Positions 36,781-48,301 of a stretch of DNA of 52,361 bases are shown piece by piece (positions within the stretch are counted from its first letter, which is position 1; every line of letters begins with the position of its first letter). The position numbers and the translations under genes are program-made. The notes beneath the pieces were generated by a model that ran no database searches, was not told the DNA's origin, and worked only from the letters and a program-made list of their open reading frames with translations. The DNA comes from Octopus bimaculoides (lineage: Eukaryota). Where the stretch lies: positions 36,143,372-36,195,732 of the forward strand of contig NC_069000.1 of NCBI RefSeq assembly GCF_001194135.2. Reading direction: 5' to 3'.

Positions 36781-37809
36781 GAGATAAAGAGAGAGAGAAA
36801 GAGAGAGAGAGAGATGGTGACAAAGTGCCAGGCATACTCACAAGGGACAGAGATCAGAATATAAATGGGATGGTCGAGTAAAGGCTGAAAGAGATATAAA
36901 TGGTGGCAAGTGCCAGAGGTGGTTTCAGTTGAGTTGGTATCGAAAGGGTTAATAAAAACATACTCTACCTTCAGTATTTACTCTTTTACTTGTTTCAGTC
37001 ATTTGACTGCAGCCATGCTGGAGCACCGCCTTAAACGGTAAGCCTAGTACTTACTTTATTGGTCTTTTTGGCCAAACTGCTAAATTATAGACATAAACAC
37101 ACCAACATTGATTGTTAAACAATAGTTGGGGAGGGGGAACAAACACACACACACATATATATACGATGGGCTTCTTTCAGTTTACGTCTATAGTAGAAGA
37201 CATTTGTCCAAAGTGTCACACAGTGAGACTGCACCTAAAATAATGTGGTTGAAAAGGAAGCTTCTTACCACACAGCTATGCCTGCACCTATTTGAGTTCT
37301 ATTTCCCCCCCCCCCTTTTTCCATATTTATGTGCTTAGACACACACACACACACACACACACAATGGGTTTCTTTCAGTTGTAGTAGACATTTGCATAAA
37401 GTGCTACATAGTGGGGCTGAACCCAAGACCACATACTTATGGGTTAAGTTCTCACTCACTGAATAATATTTTTTTGTGTTCTCATTATTCAAGTGAAAAT
37501 GGAATGTTATAATGAAAATCTGTTATCATAAAGAAAAAGAAACAACAACAAGAGATGTCTATTGAATACTATCAAAATGTTTGACAGACATCTCTGTAGC
37601 TAGGGAAATTTTAACCTTTTAACATTCAGCCCGACCATATCCAGCCTAAATATTCAACCAGTTTTATGTTAAAACTGACCAAATCCAGCCTTTCACACCT
37701 ATCCTACAATATCTTTCTAAAACCAAGCAATCACATTGTGAAAATGTCTTAGCTACAAGGTAATTCATAATTAATTCAAAACAATGAATAAACAAGCATT
37801 GAATTCTAC

Positions 37810-38070
37810 AGCTGGATGCCCTTCCTAATGTCAACCACTCCAAGAGTGTAGAGGGTGCTTTTACGTGCCACCGGCACGAAGGCCAGTCAGGCGGTACTGG
37901 CAACGGCCACGCTCGAAACGGTGTATTTTACGTGCCACCTGCACAGGAGCCAGTTCAGCAGCACTGGCAACGATCTCGCTCGAATGTCTTTACACATGCC
38001 AGGAAGGCATGCTGGGCACAGGTGCCATGACGATTACACTTTCGCTTGCCCCAACAGGTCTTCATGTCTT
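37810..38070 (-). mobile_element. RTE-family 3' UTR modular region
   Basis: Reverse complement of 31130-31520; it interrupts a piggyBac-type MITE copy. Confidence 0.8.
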
Positions 38071-39929
38071 AACAGGTCTATACATGTATATATAGATTTT
38101 ACACACAAGCATAATATATCTTATAACACACACATACACGTATGTATTTTAAAGGAGAGAGAAAACAAGAGATCAATAAAATAAATAAAAACAACCATTT
38201 AACAACAAGAATCAATTCAAGTTCATTTGATTAAATTACATGCCATAATATATTGCTAGTTGATAGGATAACAGAACTGTTGTCTTTTTGTTGCTTTTTT
38301 TCTTCTTATTTTTGTTTTTACAGAATGTAGGTAGGGAGGAGGTGATTGGAGAGGGGGAAGGGACATATTAAAAAAAAATATCTATCCAATATATCTATTT
38401 TTCTATCTACCTACCTACAGTAGCTAGATAGATGATGTAACTTTATTGAATTCTGGTGGGTGTAAAAGAATGTTTTTTTTTTTTGACTAAAACAAAGAAA
38501 CAAGTAAAAAAAACAACAACAAAAAAACAACATTAATGTTTCATTAGGAATGTCACCCTGAAAATTATTTTGAAAAAAAAAAAAAAAANNNNNNNNNNNN
38601 NNNNNNNNNNNNNNNNNNNNNNNNNNNNNNNNNNNNNNNNNNNNNNNNNNNNNNNNNNNNNNNNNNNNNNNNNNNNNNNNNNNNNNNNNNNNNNNNNNNN
38701 NNNNNNNNNNNNNNNNNNNNNNNNNNNNNNNNNNNNNNNNNNNNNNNNNNNNNNNNNNNNNNNNNNNNNNNNNNNNNNNNNNNNNNNNNNNNNNNNNNNN
38801 NNNNNNNNNNNNNNNNNNNNNNNNNNNNNNNNNNNNNNNNNNNNNNNNNNNNNNNNNNNNNNNNNNNNNNNNNNNNNNNNNNNNNNNNNNNNNNNNNNNN
38901 NNNNNNNNNNNNNNNNNNNNNNNNNNNNNNNNNNNNNNNNNNNNNNNNNNNNNNNNNNNNNNNNNNNNNNNNNNNNNNNNNNNNNNNNNNNNNNNNNNNN
39001 NNNNNNNNNNNNNNNNNNNNNNNNNNNNNNNNNNNNNNNNNNNNNNNNNNNNNNNNNNNNNNNNNNNNNNNNNNNNNNNNNNNNNNNNNNNNNNNNNNNN
39101 NNNNNNNNNNNNNNNNNNNNNNNNNNNNNNNNNNNNNNNNNNNNNNNNNNNNNNNNNNNNNNNNNNNNNNNNNNNNNNNNNNNNNNNNNNNNNNNNNNNN
39201 NNNNNNNNNNNNNNNNNNNNNNNNNNNNNNNNNNNNNNNNNNNNNNNNNNNNNNNNNNNNNNNNNNNNNNNNNNNNNNNNNNNNNNNNNNNAAAAAAAAA
39301 AAATAATAATAATAATTTTAAAAAAATAAATAAATAAAAAAAAATAAAGTCATAATTTCCGACATTGGCATAAGGTAACAAATTAGGAGACAAGATAAGT
39401 CAATGAAATCAACCACAGTATTTGACCAGTACTTTAACCCTCTAGTGCCAAGCTGGCAGAATCAACAGACTGTGAAAATTTCCCAAAGTGAGGCTCAGAG
39501 AGATGAAAAGACTTCAACAGCTAGAAGAAAGCTATTGGGAAATTGACTGAGGAGCTTTTCTCAGACATGCTGTCACTAAACTTTGTTACTCTCCCATCTT
39601 TGCATTGCCATATGATGGACTCGCCCATCAAAGACAACATACGAGCGTTCAGCTTTTGCTGAATGGCCTGCACAAATGATTTGTTTATAGGGATCAAATG
39701 TATGTGCTGTACATCAGCTCACTCTCTCATTCAAATCAATGTTGCCTGAACAGCTGCATGATGTACCACACAGGCATCGAAGTGATTGCAGAGCAATGCA
39801 AGATGAAGTGTTTTGCTCAAGAACGCAATGCACCACCTAGTTTAGGAACAGAAACCACAATCTTGTAATCGTGAGTGAAACACCCTAACTGCTAGACAAT
39901 GTGTCCTCATCACCAATATAGAGTAAAGA

Positions 39930-40225
39930 CACCCTTCAGTCATGAATGACCATGGGATTGCTCCAAGGCACAGGTCCGGGCAAGGTCGTTAATGTCAGAT
40001 CAGCAGTCATCTATGCATACCAGCCCCCCCTCTCTGCGCCACCGATGTTATCCAAGGGAAAGGTAAAGGCCGACACAACTTGTCACCAGTAACATTCTAC
40101 ATCTGAATGAACTGGAGTAACGTGAAATAAAGTGTCTTGCTCAAGAACACAACATACAGCCCAGTCCAGGAATCGAACTCACTACCTCATGACTGTGAGC
40201 CCGACACTAACCACTGAGCCACATA
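39930..40225 (-). mobile_element. tRNA-derived SINE (further family)
   Basis: Minus strand: tggctcagtggttag (A box)...gagttcgattcc (B box)...ttcttgagcaagacac. Related copies at ~13380-13600, ~33500-33810 and ~49760-49930. Confidence 0.8.
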
Positions 40226-41045
40226 CCTTCACCAATATAACCACATATATATGAATATATCAAATTTTTTTTTTGAAGAATAGATGTTGAAGTGTATACA
40301 TCCTTTATGTTCCTACTCCAAACCTCTCATAATAAGCTGAACGATTATTGCTGCTTGTACTAGCAGTGGGTGGAGGTTGCAATATATCTTTCAAATGGAT
40401 CCTTAATAACCAACATGGACAATTGGTATTGTTTTTTTTTTTTAACTCCTTTTCCTATTGCAGCTTTTGGTGGTTTCTCTAGGTCAAGCTGCTAATTCTC
40501 CGCATTTAGAGGTCACAGGTCCAGTACAATGGACATGAAATTAGAATATTGCAGGAAAAAAAAATCGCAAGATGGGATCTTCAAGCCAACCAGCAGGAGA
40601 CCTAAAGGTAGATCAAGAACGAGATGGCTGGATAATATCTATAGTTCCAATTGGTCCCACCTGGGAATCCAGCTGGAAAGTGTAATGGTGGTTGCTTCTG
40701 ATAGAACCCTATAGAGGAGGTGTCTGAGAACTTTACCCCCACTACCCTTCATAACTTCCAGGAAAAAGCAAGGGAAGAAAATGAATGGATGGATACTGAA
40801 ACAAAAAAAAAAAAAAGACATCATGGAATATTCTAGAAAACACCTTACCATATCTGGTGTTAAATAAAATCAAATTCGAAGTATCTGAACATATTCAAAA
40901 TATATTTCAAATATTTTAATTCCACCACAAAAATGTTTGTGAAACACAGCCTAAAGATAGTCAGGAAAAAACACCCACAAACATTCCAAATGCATATTCT
41001 CACATCTGCCTTGAATCTTAGCCAAGAAACTTTGAACAATTGCCA

Positions 41046-41327
41046 NNNNNNNNNNNNNNNNNNNNNNNNNNNNNNNNNNNNNNNNNNNNNNNNNNNNNNN
41101 NNNNNNNNNNNNNNNNNNNNNNNNNNNNNNNNNNNNNNNNNNNNNNNNNNNNNNNNNNNNNNNNNNNNNNNNNNNNNNNNNNNNNNNNNNNNNNNNNNNN
41201 NNNNNNNNNNNNNNNNNNNNNNNNNNNNNNNNNNNNNNNNNNNNNNNNNNNNNNNNNNNNNNNNNNNNNNNNNNNNNNNNNNNNNNNNNNNNNNNNNNNN
41301 NNNNNNNNNNNNNNNNNNNNNNNNNNN
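41046..41327. other. Assembly gap probably containing the DNM1L C-terminal ~30 codons and stop
   Basis: The coding frame enters the gap at ...SEHI, and I found no ...IRETHLW*-like exon downstream. Confidence 0.6.
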
Positions 41328-41504
41328 CAATGTGTTCGGACTCATCCAATAAGGTGTCGATCTCTTCCTTCTTGTATAATTGACTAACGAGCTCACTCTG
41401 TAAGTTGTCCTTGACGTAATTAACTAAAAAGTGCATAATAGCTTTTGGTACACTGTCTTGTATACTCTTACGGACAATCAAGAAGTAAGCTTTGATAAGA
41501 CGTT
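41328..41504 (-). CDS. DNM1L: Dynamin-related protein 1, GED-domain exon (runs into gap): (E)[58 protein letters not shown]
   Basis: Acceptor tttctttttgtttcag|AA CGT. The peptide is nearly identical to the Drp1 GED ([31 protein letters not shown]). Phase 1 matches the upstream exon. Confidence 0.96.
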
Positions 41505-43089
41505 CTGAAACAAAAAGAAATTAACGACATTTTAATTTAACGACCAATGTTTTTTTTTTTTTTCATAAACATTACTTTTTGCTTTTTGGTACTTTGCCCA
41601 TAATCACTGTAATAATGGTTACAGCAATGCTAATGGTGGTGGTGAGGGTGATAGTAGTGAAGGTTGTGATGCTATCATTTCTTCAAAGTTGATTACGTCA
41701 ACCCCAGTGATCAACCTCGCAAGAAGGAAAGGCAAAATCAACTTTGGCAGTATTCAAACTGAGAATGTAAAGACAGACAAAATGAAGCTAAGTAAAATAA
41801 ATTAGCATTCAAAGCTTTCATGGAAATGATATTCAACATCTATCATTGTTTTCTGCTAGCTTATTATATTTTTCCATGCTGGCATGGGTTAGACAAAATT
41901 TTTTGAAGTAAGAGTTTACAGCCAGATGCTCTTCTTGAAGCCAACATTTATGTTTTCATGTAAGGTACTTCTATTCCATAGGTCTTTTGATGTTGAACTG
42001 CCAAGTTGCAGGACATAAACAGCACCACTGCCCAAGTGATGTCAATGTGAAGGAAGGCATAGAGAGAGAGAGACACACACACACACACACACCATAGGCA
42101 TCTGTAGTTTTTGCCAGCCAAGATTTCATTCACAAGGCATCTGCCTAAGGTGTCACACAGTAGGATCAAACCTGAAAACATGATTCATCATTGTTGTCAT
42201 CCTTCTCCATCATCATCATCATTATCAACATCCATTTTTTCATGCTGGTAGGAGTTGGATGAAATTTGTTAGGAGAAATCTATGACCAGATGCCCTTCCT
42301 GTCACTAACTCTCAACTGTTTCTGCGTCACACATTTCATTACAATACGGGAAATACATTTTATGAATATAAATATAAATATTAATAATATAAATATAATT
42401 CCTTATATCATCCTTTAACGTCTGTTTTCCATGCTGGCATGAGCTGGATGCTTTTTATCAAAGCTGGTAAGCAAGAGAGCTGCACCAGGTTCCTGTCTGA
42501 TTTGGCTTGGTTTTTATGGCTGGATGCCCTCCCTAACAACAACTACTTCACAATGTGTGCTGAGTGCTTCTAATGTGGCACTGCCATGAATGCTTTTTAC
42601 ATGGTACCAGCATAAGCACTTTTTATGTGGCACCAGCACAGGGTTCTTGCAGGTCAATCTTTTTCATCAGATTGGATTATTATAATTGAATTGTAAATAT
42701 TTATTTACATTTCTATGTATTTCATCATTATCGTATAATTTCCTGTAAAAAGCAGACTGCTTCACGGCCCCAGGGAGACGCACTGGAACAGCCACTCTAA
42801 CTCACGGGGCTCATACTTGTGGACAGCCATCTTTGCCCCGATAGCAGTGAGCAGAAATTGCAAACATTCAAAATTGGCAGCCACTGAAAGATCTGAGATT
42901 TATAACAGACTTTAAAGAAAAAGAAGGACTAGGGCCAATTCATACAACTGAAATGAATTCTCCAAAGCAGTGCTCCAGCATGGCCACAGTCTAATGAATG
43001 ACACAAGTAAATGATATAATATAAAAGATATATACTCATGTTTTGTGTTCTATTTTTCTAGTTGCATGACCAAGCTTATATCTTATGAC

Positions 43090-43446
43090 ATACATTACAA
43101 TACATTATTTACATTTGACGGATATTTGTCCTCATCTTTTTTGTTGTTAACACAACGTTTCGTAGTGGTTAAGAGCGCGGGCTACTAACCCCAAGGTTCA
43201 GAGTTCGATTCACGGCAGCGACCTGATTAATAATAGTAATAATAATAATAATATAATAATAGTAACATCGTTAGGAATGAGAACCCAGGTTCGAAATTTC
43301 CCCAAGACACCTGACGAAGGCTGGAGGGTATATCAGCCGAAACGTTGTGTTAACAACAAAAAAGATGAGGACAAATATCCGTCAAATGTAAATAATGTAA
43401 ATAATTCCTCATCTCTTAAATATAGAACTGTATACATTACAATACA
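43090..43446 (+). mobile_element. Non-autonomous retroelement: tRNA-like head plus hammerhead ribozyme, with 5' inversion and 15-bp TSD
   Basis: TSD atacattacaataca at 43090-43104 and 43432-43446; perfect 62-bp inverted repeat 43101-43162 / 43338-43399; A and B boxes at ~43161-43210; hammerhead at 43306-43351. Confidence 0.85.
43306..43351 (+). ncRNA. Minimal type I hammerhead ribozyme (Penelope-type)
   Basis: GACAC-CUGACGA-A-GGCUG(gagggtatat)CAGCC-GAAA-CG-UU-GUGUU. Stems I and II pair, core boxes are intact, stem III is the palindrome ACGU, and the predicted cut is after 43346. Confidence 0.8.
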
Positions 43447-45131
43447 CACCCAGTGATGGCATCAGCCGATGAGGTTTGCTTATTCACACACTCCTGAAAT
43501 GCCAGTGTGTTTACTGTACAGATTTAATCAACTGAGTCACTCTAAGTACTTGACTGGATTTGATCTTAACAACAGATAGGAAATGACCACGCAATATAAA
43601 GCACTTGGTGTGGTACTGTCACTCCTTTGAGACAATGATGCTGAGCCATAATAAGATTAAAATGAGTTTTAATTGCTGACATAGGCACAAAATCACAAAC
43701 ATCAGAGAACAGAGCACAAATTCGGTACAAATGTTGATTTACTCTGCTGACTCTGGCAACTTGAAAGAGAAAGCGAACACTGCCATGGTCTGAATTCAGA
43801 CACTGCGCTCACCACTCCTGCATTTTCTGCCAACTCACAGATTGTCAACGATGATAATAATGGTTTCAAATATTGGCACAGGGCCGGCAATTTTAGAGTT
43901 GGTGGGTAAGTCAGTTACAATGATCCCAGGGTTCAGCTGTTACTTTATTTTATTGTCCCCAAAAGTTTGAAAGGCATAGTCAACTGGCAGAATTTGAAAT
44001 CAGAATGTAATGAATCAGTAGAAATACAGCTAGGCATTCCAGGATTGGAATTGAACACAATTCAATTCCTGGCGGTATGTTGTGTCCTTGAGTAAGACAC
44101 TTTATTTCATGTTGTTCCCATTAACTCAGCTGGCAAAAACAAGTTGTGCCTGTACTTTAAAGGGCCAGCCTTATCACATTCTACGTAATGCTGGAGCTCC
44201 CTGAGAACTACATTAAGAGTATGCGTGTCTGTGGAGCACTCAACCCTTGCACACTTGCACTTTAATTTCGTGAGAGGGCTGTTCTGCTGATCGGATCAAG
44301 TGGAATCTTCGACATTGTAACAGAGTGCCAGTTCTCTATCTCTCTCTCTCTGAATATATATCTTTTACTTGCTTCAGTCATTATGCTGTGGCCATGCTGG
44401 GGCACCACCTTGGAGGATTTTTAGTCAAATGAATTGACCCCAGTACTTGTTTCTTTTAAACCTTGTACTTAATCTATTGGTCTTTTTTGCCGAACCACTA
44501 AGTTATAGCAAAATAAAAGCATCAACACCTGCTGTCAAGTGGTTGTGGGAGACAAAGAGACACACACACATGCGCAAACATACACACACATTCACACCCA
44601 AAAACGTCCTTACACACATACATACTCACACATACACACACAAAAATAAACACCAACACACATGTCAACTTGCCCCTCAAACACATCACATATCACACCC
44701 TCACAGGTACATACATCCCATCCTAACCCATCCCATCCCTTACACCCACCTCTGCCTACCCACATACCCTTACCTCTACCCCCACCCTCAGCCTAACCCA
44801 CACTCCACCCATGCTTTCCCCAGTCTCGCCTCCCGCACCTCCCAACACCCTCACATCACACCACGCTACTCCATATCACACAACACCCACCCACGCACAC
44901 ACTAGCACTAACCAATTCCCATCCCCACATTTTCACACCTTCACACCTACATACACACACACATGCATACGTTAAGATCACCAGCATTCTCTCACACACA
45001 CGCACCTTTGTCTTGGGATCACTACTTCTTTGTTATCTCCACTTCTTAATTCTCCTGTGTGATTCTTCTGTCTGGCATTCACCATAATAGATCGCTGAAC
45101 ACTACACTTGTATTTTTTTTCTCTCCTTGTT

Positions 45132-45169
45132 TCTTTCTGTCGAAGAGCATAGGCTCGAAACGTTAAAGA
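45132..45169 (+). ncRNA. Hammerhead-like motif with A6-to-U core variant
   Basis: UCUUU-CUGUCGA-A-GAGC(auag)GCUC-GAAA-CG-UU-AAAGA. Confidence 0.55.
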
Positions 45170-45491
45170 CTTTCTCTATTCCCGAGNNNNNNNNNNNNNN
45201 NNNNNNNNNNNNNNNNNNNNNNNNNNNNNNNNNNNNNNNNNNNNNNNNNNNNNNNNNNNNNNNNNNNNNNNNNNNNNNNNNNNNNNNNNNNNNNNNNNNN
45301 NNNNNNNNNNNNNNNNNNNNNNNNNNNNNNNNNNNNNNNNNNNNNNNNNNNNNNNNNNNNNNNNNNNNNNNNNNNNNNNNNNNNNNNNNNNNNNNNNNNN
45401 NNNNNNNNNNNNNNNNNNNNNNNNNNNNNNNNNNNNNNNNNNNNNNNNNNNNNNNNNNNNNNNNNNNNNNNNNNNNNNNNNNNNNNNNNNN

Positions 45492-45547
<56 letters not shown>

Positions 45548-46039
45548 TTATATATATATATCTATCCAAGAAAGTTAGTATATATGTAAGGCAAAATATG
45601 TCGTACATGTATGTATATTGTTATAATTGTCCTTTTAGTGAAAAAATAAATTGACATAATATAATGTCTATAAGTTGATGAATACCACCTATTAATCCCC
45701 TCATTTTCTTATTGCTCTCTATATATATATACACACACACACTCCCACACTAGCACACACGCACATACACAGCTACACCAATGCACCCACACACATACAA
45801 ACCTTCATACACACACACAGACACAAGCACTCATATGCACATACACACATGCATGTATTCCCACTCCGACATAGTCAAACAAATGCAAACACGTACACAC
45901 GAACTTCTACCCTTCTTCCAATCAATCATACACCAGAGACATACCAGCTTGATATTTGATTAGTGAGATATTTGATTACTGAGATATTTGATTACAGAGA
46001 TCTTGATTAGCGAGAAATTTGATGAGAGGGAGGTGGAGC

Positions 46040-48135
46040 TACAGTCCTGCGACATAGAAGGCAGCCAGGAATTCCTGAGGAACAGCTTGCTGAGTACCAC
46101 AGACCTGTTTTGTGTCTGGTACAATGTCCCTTCCAGACCTAGGGTAACATAGTGGTGGAACAATACTGTAGTCAGAGTCATAAAAGCAAAGAAACAGGCC
46201 TGGAAGAGTGGAGGTAGCAGGGGACTGAATCAGATAGCCAGAATGGAAGCTAGGGGACAGGTATATATAGCCAAAAGAGTAGCAGAAAAGAAGTTTGCCA
46301 ATATTCAATGACGTGAAGACCAAAGAACTAAAGTATTTTGGATTGCAAGACAGTATGTGAGAGAAAACCATGATGTCATAGGATAGAAATGTGTCTGGAT
46401 AGATGATGGTGCCCTTGCGTTTAATGATTCTGCAAAGAAATAGGCTTGCAAATGCCATTATGAAAGACTGCTGAATGTGGAGAGTCTGCCAAAGGTTGAC
46501 CCAATTGAAGGACCAGCTACCCAAATCAACAGCACCCTGGCAGATAAAGCAATTAAGGATATAAAGACTGGGAAAGCACCTGGCCCATCAGGAATCACTG
46601 CTGAGATGCTTAAAATATCTGGCAGTGTGAGTTATGGTCTTGTCGCCCACATTGTAAATCAGGTAGTTCATGAAGGAGTCATACCCAATGACTGGTATAG
46701 GAGCACCATAGTCAACTGCTACAAAAGTAAAGGTGATGCTTTAGATGGAAGTAGCTACAAGGGTATCAAATTAATGGATCAGGTGATGAAAGTTACAGAG
46801 TGGGTCACAGCCCAACTAATTAGGGAGAGAGTTAGCCTAGATGAGATGCAGTTTGGTTTTGTGCCAGGCAGAAGCACCACTGATGATATATTTCTGGTAA
46901 GGCAACTTCAGGAGAAATATCTAGCCAAAGGTAAACCTCTGTACTTGGCTTTTGTTGAGTTGGAGAAAGCCTTTGACAAAAAAATTCAGAAAGCCTTGAA
47001 CAGAAGAATTCAAGACAGGCTGCCCCTGGGAGCTCCTCTAAGCTGATAACCTTGCTCTAATAGCTGAGTCACTGCCAGAACTAGAGACTAAGTTTAGGGT
47101 GTGGAAGCAAGGTTTAGAATAAAACGACCTCAGGGTTGACCTAGCAAAAACCAAAGTCTTAGTGAGTAGGAAAGCAGACAAATCACAAACCCCTTCAGGT
47201 GAATGACCCTGCTTGATCTGGAGAAAAGGTATGGGTAGAAACTCCGACACAGAAAAGGTGCAGCAATATCAAAGGAAGGTTAACAGGGAAGATAGTTTTT
47301 GTGTGTGGCAGATGCACAGGGGCAATAAACACTGAAGATGAGTAGAAAACATGCTACATGGCAGTGAAACATGGGCCATGACTACTGAGGGCCTACATAG
47401 GCTTGAAAGAAAGAAGCTAGTATGATTCACTGGATGTGTAATGTCAGTGTGCATATACAACAGAGTGTGAGCACCCTGCGAGAAAAGTTGGACATAAGAA
47501 ATATCAAATGTGGTGTGCAAGAGAAACGATTGCACTAGTATGGTCGTGTCTTACGTATGGATGAGGACAGCTGTGTGAGGAACCTGTGGAAGAGGTAGAC
47601 CCAGGAAGACACGGGATGAGGTGGTGAAGCAAGACCATTGACCATTGGGCCTCACAGAGACAATGACAGGAGACTGAGACCTTTGGAGATATGCCATGAT
47701 TGAGAAGATAAAGCAATTAAAGTGAGATTGCAGCCATGGCCGATGTCAGTATTGCATGTTCGGGCCATTTCAAAGTACCCTTGATGTGTCGGGCAATATG
47801 ATATGCTTGAGAAGACCTGTTGAGTCAAATAAAACCTAAATCGTAGCTGTGGCCAGTGTCCCCTGACTGGCTCCCATGCCAGTGGCACGGAAAAAGCATT
47901 ATCCAAGCGTGATAGATGCCAGGGCCACCTGACTGGTTCCTGTGCCAGTGGCATGTAAAAAGCACCCACTACACTCTCAGAGTGGTTGGTGTTAGGAAGG
48001 GCATTCAGCTGTAGAAACATTGCCAGATCAGATTGGAGCTTGGTGCAGCTGCTGGCTTTCCAGCCCTTAGTCAAACTGTACGACTCATGCCCGCATGAGT
48101 CAAATGATGATGATGATGATGATGATTATGATGAT
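46040..48135 (+). mobile_element. 5'-truncated, degenerate RTE LINE (RT domain to (GAT)n tail)
   Basis: ORF 46477-47046: KAPGPSGITAEMLK...IPNDWYRSTIVNCYKSKGD...YKGIKL...QFGFVPGRSTTDDIFLVRQLQEKY...LAFVELEKAFD; then C-terminal remnants, modular 3' UTR and gat repeats. Confidence 0.93.
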
Positions 48136-48143
48136 GATGGCGG

Positions 48144-48182
<39 letters not shown>

Positions 48183-48240
48183 GACAATAACGTAATTTTA
48201 AACAAGAAAGTTCCAGAAAAAAATTTTATAATCAACCTAC

Positions 48241-48301
48241 CTATGACAGTACAATCCCTTTGCTCTCGGGCAGACAGCTTTCTCATGGGTGTAATTGTGG
48301 G
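48241..48301 (-). CDS. DNM1L: Dynamin-related protein 1 exon: PTITPMRKLSAREQRDCTVI(E)
   Basis: Long pyrimidine tract, ttcaag|CCC...ATA G|gtaggt; 61 nt; RKLSAREQRDC is diagnostic of Drp1. Confidence 0.95.

Noticed and set aside
42667-42728. C/D-box snoRNA-like ATGATGA...CTGA on the DNM1L sense strand
   Set aside because: The interior is extremely AT-rich, there is no terminal stem or plausible guide sequence, and the C box overlaps a decayed (CAT)n tract.
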